Assembly: GCA_963665125.2 (NCBI GenBank)
Contig: CAXXUK010000001.1
Location: 2,528,001-2,592,000 of the forward strand
DNA length: 64,000 nt
Direction: 5' to 3'
Origin: an uncultured Desulfarculus sp.
GTDB taxonomy: Bacteria > Desulfobacterota > Desulfarculia > Desulfarculales > Desulfarculaceae
In this document: piece after piece, positions 51,980 through 61,107 of the stretch
How positions within the stretch are numbered: position 1 is the first letter of the stretch
Layout of the letters: the number at the start of each line of letters is the position of its first letter
Notes under the pieces: model-generated
What the model saw: only the letters and a program-made list of their open reading frames with translations
Database searches by the model: none
What the model was told of the DNA's origin: nothing
Program-made: the position numbers and the translations under genes

Positions 51980-52873
51980 CTATTGGTCGTCGTAGCCCAA
52001 CTTGCGCAAGCCATAATCCAGGCGGGACCATTTTGGCTCCACCCGGACGAAAAGATTCAGATATACCCTGCCGCCCAACAGGCGGATCATATCCTGGCGG
52101 GCGGCCGTGCCGATTTTTTTGAGCATGGCGCCGCCCTTGCCGATGACGATGCCCTTCTGGCCCTGGCGCTCCACGTGGATTGTGGCCGAGATGGCCGTCT
52201 GGCCGTCTTCTTCCTCGGGCTCCAGGAATTCATCAATGGTCACGGCGGTGGAGTAAGGCAGTTCCTGCTCGGTAAGGCGAAAGACCTTTTCCCGGATCAA
52301 CTCAGCCACCAAAAACCGCACGCTCAGATCGGTGATCATGTCTTCGGGGAAGATGGGCGGGCCTTCCGGCAGCAGGGCGGTCAATTCGCCCAGCACGGCT
52401 TCGGCGCCGTCGCCCTTGAGGGCGCTGATTGGCGCGATTGCCTCCCATTTGCCCCAGGAAGAGACCTCTTCCAGCATGGGCAGCAGCTTGATTTTTTCGG
52501 GGACCAGATCCACCTTATTCAGGGCCAGAACCGTGGGTTTATTGGCCTCGGCCAGGATCTTGGCCACCCGTCTTCCCTCGTCCAGGCCCTTGCGGGAGGC
52601 CTCGACCACGAACAGCACGGTTTCCACATCTTCCAAAGTGGTCAGGGCAGTTCGGACCATCAGCTTGTTGAGGGCGTGCACGGGCTTGTGCAGGCCGGGT
52701 GTGTCCAGAAAAACGATCTGGCAATCGTCGCCGTTGAAGACGCCCAGCAACCTGTGCCGGGTGGTCTGGGGCTTGTCGCTGGTTATGGCCAGCTTGAACC
52801 CCAACACATTATTGAGGAAAGTGCTTTTGCCCACATTGGGCGCACCCACTATTGCAACAAATCCGCTCTTCAT
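51980..52873 (-). CDS. era: GTPase Era
   Basis: GAPNVGKST, KPQTTR, DTPG, NKVD, KH domain GIVIGKGG. Confidence 0.97.
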   Translation of the reverse strand: MKSGFVAIVGAPNVGKSTFLNNVLGFKLAITSDKPQTTRHRLLGVFNGDDCQIVFLDTPGLHKPVHALNKLMVRTALTTLEDVETVLFVVEASRKGLDEGRRVAKILAEANKPTVLALNKVDLVPEKIKLLPMLEEVSSWGKWEAIAPISALKGDGAEAVLGELTALLPEGPPIFPEDMITDLSVRFLVAELIREKVFRLTEQELPYSTAVTIDEFLEPEEEDGQTAISATIHVERQGQKGIVIGKGGAMLKKIGTAARQDMIRLLGGRVYLNLFVRVEPKWSRLDYGLRKLGYDDQ

Positions 52874-52913
52874 AATCCGGCTTGTATAGCCACTCCAGCC
52901 TGGCGGTTAAATA

Positions 52914-52942
52914 AAAAGCCTTGCGGGGCGCATGGCCCCGCA
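52914..52942 (-). terminator. Hairpin between the methyltransferase gene and era
   Basis: TGCGGGGC/GCCCCGCA stem followed by AGGCTTTTT. Confidence 0.55.
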
Positions 52943-53007
52943 TTTAGATACCAAAACTTACCAGACCACCGCAATGGTGCATGGTGTTTTTTCACAATGT
53001 TTATTTT

Positions 53008-53802
53008 TCATGCCTGCCCCTGTAATTCTCCGCCAAACGGCTTATTGGCGATAACAAAGCCCACGCTGGCCCATCTGCCGCCATCGGCCAGCAGGATCTT
53101 CGGATCATTTTCCGGGTCGGCGATGCAGAACGGATCGTTTTCGACGAACTCCATCCACCAGCGCCAGGAGTCGGGCGCGTAGGCCGCTTCCATGATCTCG
53201 AAACCGGCCTCTTGCAGGGCGTCGGCCGTTTGGCCCACCGTGACAAAGCAGTCGGCCCAGGCGAATTCGCCGGTGGTCACCAGGGGCCGCAGGTCAGCGG
53301 GTATGGGCCGGTCCAGGTGCATTGGCTCGGCCAGGCCGAAAACGCCGCCCGGTTTCAAGACCCGCAATATCTCCTCTACACAGGCCAGGTACAGATCTTC
53401 GCCGCCCAGGGCCCGGACCATTTCCAAAGCCGTGGTGGAGTAGACATAGTCAAAGCTGTCCGCCTCCAGTCCGGTGTCCGGAACGCCCAGCTTGATGGGC
53501 CGCACCATGTCCGCAACGCCCCACCTCGCGGCGTTTTCAGCGGCGTGCTCCACCATAGGCCGGCCGTCCATGCGGTCGTTCCAGGGGTCCATGGCCACCA
53601 CACGCACGCCGAACTCCCTGGCCAGAAAACAGCTCTGCACACCGCGATTGCAGCCCACATCCAGCAGGCGCGCGCCGGGCAACAGGCCCATCTTGTGGGC
53701 CAGAAATTCCGTCAGTTCCAATGCGCCGGGGCCGCTGCACTGGGCGTAGATTTCCTTTAGGTTTGTATATTTATTCGCTTTGGGAAAAGCTTGTTTGGTC
53801 AA
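53008..53802 (-). CDS. Class I SAM-dependent methyltransferase
   Basis: LLDVGCNRG motif I, DSFDYVYS, RVLKPGG; TTG start with AGGAG RBS. Confidence 0.85.
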   Translation of the reverse strand: MTKQAFPKANKYTNLKEIYAQCSGPGALELTEFLAHKMGLLPGARLLDVGCNRGVQSCFLAREFGVRVVAMDPWNDRMDGRPMVEHAAENAARWGVADMVRPIKLGVPDTGLEADSFDYVYSTTALEMVRALGGEDLYLACVEEILRVLKPGGVFGLAEPMHLDRPIPADLRPLVTTGEFAWADCFVTVGQTADALQEAGFEIMEAAYAPDSWRWWMEFVENDPFCIADPENDPKILLADGGRWASVGFVIANKPFGGELQGQA

Positions 53803-54017
53803 TTTTCAGCTCCTGATACCTTGGGCGGACAAGCGCACCAATCCGCCCCGGACGCGGCGGGCGCCGCGCCGGAAATTATTGTTTTGCAGTTTTGGGGATT
53901 GTTTTACCGGCCGTCGCGGCGCGGCTTACCTCACTTGCAAAAAATACTCCGGTCAGGATTTATAAAACCGCGCCGACTATGCCGGGCGGCGTTGGCCTTA
54001 TTATAGCCGGGATACTA

Positions 54018-54743
54018 TCACGCGGCGCCGTTGCCGCCCATTTTCGCTTGCCAGGCCTTGAGGCCTTCCTTGGCGGCGTTTTGCTCGGCCTCTTTTTTGG
54101 ACTTGCCCTCGCCGGTGGCCAGGACCTTGCCGTCAATTTCAATATCCACCGAGAACGTCTTGTCGTGATCCGGCCCATGTTCGCCCACGGTGCGGTAGCG
54201 GGGCGTAACCCGCAACTGGTCCTGCACCTGCTCCTGGAGCCGGGTCTTGTAATCCCGGCGGCGGGCCCTGTCCACCGGGGCCTGATCCAGGGGGCCCAGC
54301 AGGCGATGCACCACCTCGGCCGCGGCCTCCAGGCCGCCGTCAAGGTACACGGCCGCGATCAGGGCCTCCATGGCGTCGGACAGGATGGAATTTTTTTCCA
54401 TGCCGCCCTGATTTTGCTCGCCCTTGCCCAACAACAGGCATTGCCCCAGGTCGATGGCCCGGGCGGCCTCGGCCAAACGCATCTCGTTGACCAGGCTGGA
54501 ACGGGCCCGGCTGAGCTGGCCCTCGTTGGCGTGGTCGAATTGCTTAAACAGGGCCTGGGTCACCACCAGTTCCAGCACGGCGTCGCCCAGAAACTCCAGG
54601 CGCTCGTTGCTCTGCTGGCATTCGGGGTTCTCATGGAAATACGACGAATGGCTCATGGCCTGTTCCATGAGGAGCCATTCGGAAAACCCGTAGCCCAGCC
54701 TTTGGGCCAATTGTTGGTATTGTTCCAGCCTTTCGGCGTCCAT
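54018..54743 (-). CDS. rnc: Ribonuclease III
   Basis: NERLEFLGDAVL signature, DAMEALIAAVYLD, dsRBD DYKTRLQE...GKSKKEAEQ.AA. Confidence 0.97.
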   Translation of the reverse strand: MDAERLEQYQQLAQRLGYGFSEWLLMEQAMSHSSYFHENPECQQSNERLEFLGDAVLELVVTQALFKQFDHANEGQLSRARSSLVNEMRLAEAARAIDLGQCLLLGKGEQNQGGMEKNSILSDAMEALIAAVYLDGGLEAAAEVVHRLLGPLDQAPVDRARRRDYKTRLQEQVQDQLRVTPRYRTVGEHGPDHDKTFSVDIEIDGKVLATGEGKSKKEAEQNAAKEGLKAWQAKMGGNGAA

Positions 54744-54844
54744 ATCGTCTTCTCCGCTGACCAAGTATCAACAAATGGCTTTGCACTGTCAATCTTTGGC
54801 TGGATTTCTTGACGGGGCGGCCCGGCTCGCGTAAACAGTGTCTG

Positions 54845-55960
54845 ATGGACAATCTGCGCATCATACACACCGAATGGTCCGACGGCTGGGGCGGCCAGGA
54901 GATCCGCATCCTGGACGAATGCCTGGGCATGACCGAACGGGGACACTGGGTAGGCCTCTGCGGCTGCTCCACGGGAAAGCTGCGCCAACGCTCCGAGGAA
55001 GCGGGCCTGCCGTTTTTCCCCCTGGATATGAAGGGCCCCTGGGATGTCGCCGCGTTGTCCAGGCTGGCGAACTTGTTGAAGCGTGAGCGCATCGACGTCG
55101 TCCACACCCACTCGTCGGTGGATTCCTGGCTGGGCGGTTTCGCCGCCAGACTAAAGGGCGTGGCCTGCCTGCGCACCAGGCACCTGAGCGTGCCGGTGAA
55201 CACAAACCCCCTTAATTTCGTCTACCGCCTGCCCCACGCCGTGGCCACCACCGGCCAGAGCATCAGGCGGCACCTGGTGGAAGACTACGGCCTCAAGGAG
55301 CAGTGGGTTGTCTCCATCCCCACCGGCGTGGACACCGACCGTTTCGCGCCCGCCGAACCCGACGCGGCCCTGGCCGCCGAACTGGGCGTGGATCCGGCCC
55401 GGCCCGTGGTGGCCATCATTGCCGTGTTGCGCAGTTGGAAGCGCCACGACTATTTCTGCCAGATGGCCCGCAGCCTTTCCGAAAAACGCCCCGAGGTACA
55501 GTTTTTGATCGTGGGCCACGGTCCGGGCTGGAAACGCATCAACGGCTATCTTGACGACATGGGCCTTCGGGGCAAGGTGATCATGACCGGCCACCGCACG
55601 GATGTCGACAAGATCCTGCCCCTTTGCACGGTCTGCACCCTGTGCTCCGACAAGGCCGAGGGCGTGCCCCAAGCCGTGCTGCAACAGCTTTCGGCCCAGC
55701 GGGCCGTAATAGGATCTGACGCCGGAGACGTAAATCAGGTTATACTGCACCGGAAGACCGGATTATTGTACCAGCCGGGTGATTTGGAGGCCCTGGAGAC
55801 AGGGGTGACGCTGCTGCTGGATGATCCGGCCCTGCGGGAAAACCTGGGCAAGGCCGGGCGGGAATTTGTGATAGCCAACCATTCCAAGGAAATCATGCTG
55901 GACCAGACCGAAGACATCTACGCCAAAGTGCTGGCCAAGCTGGGGAGGCCGGTCCGATGA
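54845..55960 (+). CDS. Glycosyltransferase family 4
   Basis: HTEWSDGWGGQE, HTHSSVDSW, IPTGVD, EGVPQAVLQ. Confidence 0.88.
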   Translation: MDNLRIIHTEWSDGWGGQEIRILDECLGMTERGHWVGLCGCSTGKLRQRSEEAGLPFFPLDMKGPWDVAALSRLANLLKRERIDVVHTHSSVDSWLGGFAARLKGVACLRTRHLSVPVNTNPLNFVYRLPHAVATTGQSIRRHLVEDYGLKEQWVVSIPTGVDTDRFAPAEPDAALAAELGVDPARPVVAIIAVLRSWKRHDYFCQMARSLSEKRPEVQFLIVGHGPGWKRINGYLDDMGLRGKVIMTGHRTDVDKILPLCTVCTLCSDKAEGVPQAVLQQLSAQRAVIGSDAGDVNQVILHRKTGLLYQPGDLEALETGVTLLLDDPALRENLGKAGREFVIANHSKEIMLDQTEDIYAKVLAKLGRPVR

Positions 55961-56751
55961 TCGAATGGGTGGCGGCGGGGGTCGGCGGCGCTGTCGTCCT
56001 GGCCGTGCTCGGCCTGTCGGCCCGTTTCAACTGGTGGCGGCCCAAGCTCAAAGGCACTCCGGTGTTGATGTACCACCACATCACTGACATCCTGGGCGGC
56101 ACGCCCCTGCCCAAGCTGCGGGTGACGCCCAAGGCCTTTGCCGCCCAACTGGATTTCCTACAGGAACACGGCTACAAGACCATCACCCTGAGCCGGGCCA
56201 TGGCCCCCAACCCACCGCCCAACGGCGTGGTTCTTTCCTTTGACGACGGATATTACAATTTTTACACCGAGGCCTGGCCCCTGCTGCGCCGTCGGGGCAT
56301 GACCGCCACGGTGTTTCTGGTCACCGGGGCCCTGGACGGCGACAACTACTGGGACCTTCCCAAGGGCGAGCCCCTGGAAAAAGTGATGACCAGGGCCCAG
56401 GTCCGTGAGCTCGACGCGGCGGGCATTGAGTTCGGCGGCCACAGCCACCACCACCAGGACCTGACCAAGCTCGACGAACGGGGCCTGCGCCGGGAAATCA
56501 CCGGCTGCCAAAAGGTGCTCTCCGATCTGCTGGGCCGCAGCAGCCGGGTGTTCAGCTACCCCTACGGCCTGCACAACGAGCAGGCAGAGGAAGCCGTTGC
56601 AAGGGCCGGATTCACCGCCGCCTGCATCACCCAGCCGGGCAAGATCAACGGCAACACAGACCCCATGACCGTGCCGCGCATCATCGTCAAACGCTCGGAC
56701 AACCTGCTGGATCTGCGGCTCAAACTGTCTCGCGGAAAAAGCCGGTTGTAG
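55957..56751 (+). CDS. Membrane-anchored polysaccharide deacetylase (CE4)
   Basis: N-terminal TM, VLMYHH, SFDDGY, GGHSHHH, FSYPYG. Confidence 0.88.
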   Translation: MIEWVAAGVGGAVVLAVLGLSARFNWWRPKLKGTPVLMYHHITDILGGTPLPKLRVTPKAFAAQLDFLQEHGYKTITLSRAMAPNPPPNGVVLSFDDGYYNFYTEAWPLLRRRGMTATVFLVTGALDGDNYWDLPKGEPLEKVMTRAQVRELDAAGIEFGGHSHHHQDLTKLDERGLRREITGCQKVLSDLLGRSSRVFSYPYGLHNEQAEEAVARAGFTAACITQPGKINGNTDPMTVPRIIVKRSDNLLDLRLKLSRGKSRL

Positions 56752-56753
56752 GC

Positions 56754-57509
56754 ATGGCCACCCTCACCGCAGCCGTAATCACCAAAAACGAAGCAGCCAA
56801 CATGCCCCGCTGGATCGCGGCCGTGAGCCCGGTGGCCGATGAAATCGTAGCCGTGGATTCGGGCAGCACCGACGAAACGGTGGAGCTTCTGCGCCAAGCC
56901 GGGGCCACCGTGGAGCACCGGGACTGGACCGGCTACACCGACCAGCGCAACCGCTGCATCGAGCTGTCCACCTGCGACTGGGTGCTGTTTCTGGACGGCG
57001 ACGAATTCCCCGACCAAGAGTTGATCGCCAGCCTGCAAAAGCTCAAGGAAGGCCCCGAACCGCCCGAGGCGGCCTATGAACTGGCCTACAAGGTGTTTTT
57101 CTTTGGCCGGTTCCTGCGCCACGGCGGTTATTACCCGGAATATCACCTGCGCCTGCACAGGCGCGGCAAGGCCCGCTGGGTGGCCAGGGAAGTCCACGAG
57201 CGCATGGAGGCCGACGGCCCGGTGGGCCGCATCGCCGGGCACGTGCACCATCACTCCTACGACACGGTGGGCCAGTATCTGCGCCGGGCCGAGCGTTACA
57301 GCGCCGAGGCCGCCCGCCAGATGCACAAGGCAGGCAAAAAAGCCGGGCCGCTGACCGTGGCCGGGCATTCTGCCTGGACCTTCATCCACCGCTACGCACT
57401 GCGCCTGGGTTTTCTGGACGGCTACGAGGGCTGGCTGGCCGCCCGCCTGGAGGCCCATTACACCTTCAGCAAATACGCCAGGCTGGTGGAACTGACAAAA
57501 AAAGGTTGA
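56754..57509 (+). CDS. Glycosyltransferase family 2 (LPS core type)
   Basis: ITKNEA, VDSGSTDET, QRN, LDGDE, VHE, GFLDG. Confidence 0.88.
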   Translation: MATLTAAVITKNEAANMPRWIAAVSPVADEIVAVDSGSTDETVELLRQAGATVEHRDWTGYTDQRNRCIELSTCDWVLFLDGDEFPDQELIASLQKLKEGPEPPEAAYELAYKVFFFGRFLRHGGYYPEYHLRLHRRGKARWVAREVHERMEADGPVGRIAGHVHHHSYDTVGQYLRRAERYSAEAARQMHKAGKKAGPLTVAGHSAWTFIHRYALRLGFLDGYEGWLAARLEAHYTFSKYARLVELTKKG

Positions 57510-57535
57510 TCATCCGCCCAGGCGCCCCACCGCCC

Positions 57536-57565
57536 TTGACCTTTGCCCCTATCCATGACTATGCT
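57536..57565 (+). promoter_or_regulatory. Candidate promoter of the radical SAM gene
   Basis: TTGACC-N18-TATGCT. Confidence 0.4.
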
Positions 57566-57616
57566 TGCATAAATTCGCATTATATTTCAGGGCTATAGAC
57601 AAGAGGGCAATCCATT

Positions 57617-58618
57617 ATGAACTTCGATGACCTGCTCAGGCAGTCCCGAGACGCCGAACCATTCAGCCAAAAGCAACTGGAATGGATGCTGGCCCTGCCG
57701 CCGGACAGCGCGGAAACATATCAGCTCATGTGCGAGGCCAAACGCATCTCCAGGGAGCTGACCGGCGACAAAATGGAGGTCCACGCCCAATTCGCCCTGA
57801 ATTTGGCGCCGTGCCCCAAAAACTGCAAGTACTGCTCCTTCGCAGCCGTCAACAAGGTCTTTACCGAACCCATCGAGCTGACCTTGGAGGAAGTCCAGGA
57901 CAGCGCCCTGCTGCTGGAAGAGCAAGGCGCGGCCGCGGTGTACATGATGGCCACGGCCAACTATCCCTTTGAGCGCATAATGGAAATGGGCCGCGAGGTC
58001 CGGGCCAGGCTCAAACAAGAAACCGTCCTGGTGGCCAACATCGGCGACCAGGATTTGCCCTCGGCCAAACAGATGGTCGAAGCCGGTTTCAACGGCGTGT
58101 ACCACGCCCTGCGCCTGCGCGAAGGCATTGACACGGCCATAAAACCCGAACTGCGCCACAAGAGCTTCGCCGCCTTCAAGGAGGCCGGGCTGTCCATCGG
58201 CACCTGCGTGGAGCCGGTGGGGCCCGAGCATGCAAACGCCGAGATCGCCGAGCGCATCCTGTTCACCGGCTCGTTGGACCCGGCCTACAGCGGCGCGGCC
58301 AGGCGCATTTCCATCCCCGGCACGGAAATGGCCATCAAATACGGCATGATCTCCGAACTGCGCATGTCCCAGATCGTGGCCGTCACCCGCCTGGGCCTGC
58401 CCCGCAGCGTGCTGGGCAACTGCACCCATGAGCCGTGCACCATCGGCGCGGCGGCCGGGGCCAACCTGTTCTGGGCCGAGATCGGGGCCAACCCCCGGGA
58501 CATCAAGGAAAAGACCGAGGAAGGACGGGGCTTCACCGTGGACAAATGCCGGGAGCTTTTCTGGGAGGCCGGCTGCGGCGTGTTGGACGGACCCAGCGTT
58601 TATTATCAAAAACGCTGA
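57617..58618 (+). CDS. Radical SAM protein, BioB/HydE-like superfamily, function unknown
   Basis: CPKNCKYC (CX3CX2C) motif; about 330 aa TIM-barrel size; C-terminal AGANLFWAE. Confidence 0.8.
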   Translation: MNFDDLLRQSRDAEPFSQKQLEWMLALPPDSAETYQLMCEAKRISRELTGDKMEVHAQFALNLAPCPKNCKYCSFAAVNKVFTEPIELTLEEVQDSALLLEEQGAAAVYMMATANYPFERIMEMGREVRARLKQETVLVANIGDQDLPSAKQMVEAGFNGVYHALRLREGIDTAIKPELRHKSFAAFKEAGLSIGTCVEPVGPEHANAEIAERILFTGSLDPAYSGAARRISIPGTEMAIKYGMISELRMSQIVAVTRLGLPRSVLGNCTHEPCTIGAAAGANLFWAEIGANPRDIKEKTEEGRGFTVDKCRELFWEAGCGVLDGPSVYYQKR

Positions 58619-59796
58619 CGGACCAAGACCGTTATGGCGGCGATTCCGGCCAGGGCCAGCAGCACGCTGCCGTAGAACACGCCGTCCAGGCCCTGCCAGG
58701 CGTACACCGCCCCCATCATCACCGGCGCCAGGGTCTGGCCCAGGCGCATGGTGCTGCCGTTGGCCGACATGACCACCGCCCTTAGCTCCAACGGGGCGTG
58801 ATCGGCCAGCAGCCCCAGTACGCTGGGCATGATCATGCCGTGACCCAGGCCCAACAGCGACAGGGTCGCCGTTGCCGCATACACCGATCCACACAACGGA
58901 ACCAGAAGCATCGACAAGGCATAAAAGAAGAACCCGACGACTATCAGTTTCTTTTGGCCGAACCACAACGTAAGCCTGCCGATCTGGGTGGCCACCAGGC
59001 CCACGAACAGGGTCACCACCATCAGCGACAGGCCGATATGCTCCGGGTCCAGGCCAAAGCGTTCAAACAAAAATATCGGCGCATAGGTCACAAAGGCGCC
59101 ATTCAACAGCAACATGGCGAACAACGTGGCCAGCATCAGGCCGCCCACTTGGCGGGTGAAAATCAGCCTCACCGCCGAGCGCAGGTAATGGCCCATGCCC
59201 CGGTCGTCGTTTTGCGGCTCGGGCACCCGGAGCGAAAACCTGACCAGGGCCCAGCAGACAAAACCAAGACCGGGCAGATAGAACACATAGCGCCAGCCCA
59301 GGGCCGCGATCATGCCGCCGATAAAGGCCGCCCCGGCCGAACCCAGGCTCACCGTGGCCCCGATGTAACCCATGGCCTGGGCCCGTTTGTTGTCCTGGTA
59401 CAGGTCGCTGACCATGGTCATGGTCACCACGTTGAGCTGCCCGGCCCCCAGTCCCTGCAAAAACCGCAAAATCAGCAGCTCCTCGAAATTCCGGGCAAAA
59501 GCGCAGGCCACCCCGAATCCGGCGAAGAGCAAAAGGGCCGGGGCCAAAACCTGTCTGCGGCCCAGACGGTCGGCCAGCATGCCGGCGATGGGGGTGACGA
59601 TCATGGCGGCCAGGGCAAAGGAGGTCAGCACCAGGCCGATCTCCGAGGCGGAAACTCCCAGGTCGGTCATGATTTCCGGGATGGCGGGCATGATGGAGGT
59701 AAATCCGATCACCGACATCAGCGTGACCAACAGGATTATGCGGAAATTGCGGTCCAGGAGCGGACTTCGGTATGGTTGGTCGTTTGGCGCTCTCAT
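58606..59796 (-). CDS. MFS transporter
   Basis: About 12 TM segments, motif A GMLADRLGRR, LRFLQGLG. Confidence 0.9.
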   Translation of the reverse strand: MRAPNDQPYRSPLLDRNFRIILLVTLMSVIGFTSIMPAIPEIMTDLGVSASEIGLVLTSFALAAMIVTPIAGMLADRLGRRQVLAPALLLFAGFGVACAFARNFEELLILRFLQGLGAGQLNVVTMTMVSDLYQDNKRAQAMGYIGATVSLGSAGAAFIGGMIAALGWRYVFYLPGLGFVCWALVRFSLRVPEPQNDDRGMGHYLRSAVRLIFTRQVGGLMLATLFAMLLLNGAFVTYAPIFLFERFGLDPEHIGLSLMVVTLFVGLVATQIGRLTLWFGQKKLIVVGFFFYALSMLLVPLCGSVYAATATLSLLGLGHGMIMPSVLGLLADHAPLELRAVVMSANGSTMRLGQTLAPVMMGAVYAWQGLDGVFYGSVLLALAGIAAITVLVRQRF

Positions 59797-59826
59797 GGCC
59801 GCAAATATATCAGAATTTTTATGGAA

Positions 59827-61089
59827 TTACGGATATATTCCTCGCAGGGCCACGGCCCGGGCAACCCGGCCGATGCCCAGGATCAGGGCCGCGGTTCGCA
59901 TGTCCACTTGTTTCTCCTCGGCGATCCGCAGCACCGCGGCAAAGCTCTCCCGGATGATCCGCTCCAGTCGCTGGGCGATCTCATCCTCGCTCCAGAGCAG
60001 GTTTTGCAGGTTTTGCACCCACTCGAAGTACGACACGGTGACGCCCCCGGCATTGGCCAGGATATCGGGCACCACCATCACGCCTTTTTCCCGCAGGATG
60101 TTGTCGGCCTCGGTCGTGATGGGCGCGTTGGCTCCCTCGGCGATGATCCGGGCCCGCACCTTGGAGGCGTTTGCCGCAGTGAGCACCCCGCCCAGGGCCG
60201 CCGGCACCAGCACGTCGCAGTCCAATTCCAGAAGCTCGGCATTGGTGATATCATCGCCGCCCACTTCGCGGCCCAAGAGGCATTGGTATTTGTTCTTGCA
60301 GTCCAGGGCCGCGTCGCAGTCCAGGCCGTTTTTATTGTACAGGCCACCCCGGCTGTCGCTTATGGCGATGACCTTGGCTCCGGCGCCCTGGAAAAACCGG
60401 GCCGCCACGCCGCCGACATTGCCCGCGCCCTGAATGGCCACCCGCAGGCCGGACAGCGCCAAGCCCTTGACCTTGGCCGCCTCGGCCGCCGTGATGAACA
60501 CGCCCTTGCCCGTGGCCTCGAAACGGCCCAAGGAGCCGCCAAGCTCCAGGGGTTTGCCGGTGACCACGCCCGCGGCGCTGTGGCCGGTGTGGGTGCTGTA
60601 GGTATCCATGATCCAGGCCATGACCTGGGGATTGGTGTAGACGTCCGGCGCGGGGATGTCGCGATCCGGGCCGATGTCGGACGAAAGCTCCCAGGTGAAG
60701 CGCCGGGTCAGCCGCTCCAGCTCGCCCATGCTCATGGATTTGGGGTCGCACTGCACGCCGCCCTTGGCCCCGCCAAAGGGGATGTTGACCACGGCCGCCT
60801 TCCAGGTCATCAGCATGGCCATGGCCTTGATCTCGTCGAGGTCAACGGCCGGGTGATAGCGCAGGCCGCCCTTGAACGGCCCCCTGGTGCCGTTGTGCTG
60901 CACCCGGTAGCCGGTGAATGTCTTCACCTTGCCGGAGTCGAGCTTCACCGGAAAATTCACGGTGATCTCCCGCTCGGTCAGCTTGACGCGCTGCATCACT
61001 CCGTCGTCCAGATCCAAGTACCTGGCGGCCTGTTCCACCTGGGCCAGGGCCATTTCATGGGCATTGTGCCTTCGGATGTCTTCGCTCAT
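59827..61089 (-). CDS. gdhA: Glu/Leu/Phe/Val dehydrogenase (glutamate dehydrogenase)
   Basis: GYRVQHN..RGPFKGGLRY, PFGGAKGG, DIPAPDV, VTGKP, QGAGNVG, NAGGVTVSYFEWVQN. Confidence 0.88.
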   Translation of the reverse strand: MSEDIRRHNAHEMALAQVEQAARYLDLDDGVMQRVKLTEREITVNFPVKLDSGKVKTFTGYRVQHNGTRGPFKGGLRYHPAVDLDEIKAMAMLMTWKAAVVNIPFGGAKGGVQCDPKSMSMGELERLTRRFTWELSSDIGPDRDIPAPDVYTNPQVMAWIMDTYSTHTGHSAAGVVTGKPLELGGSLGRFEATGKGVFITAAEAAKVKGLALSGLRVAIQGAGNVGGVAARFFQGAGAKVIAISDSRGGLYNKNGLDCDAALDCKNKYQCLLGREVGGDDITNAELLELDCDVLVPAALGGVLTAANASKVRARIIAEGANAPITTEADNILREKGVMVVPDILANAGGVTVSYFEWVQNLQNLLWSEDEIAQRLERIIRESFAAVLRIAEEKQVDMRTAALILGIGRVARAVALRGIYP

Positions 61090-61107
61090 TTTCCCGTTCC
61101 GGTTCGT

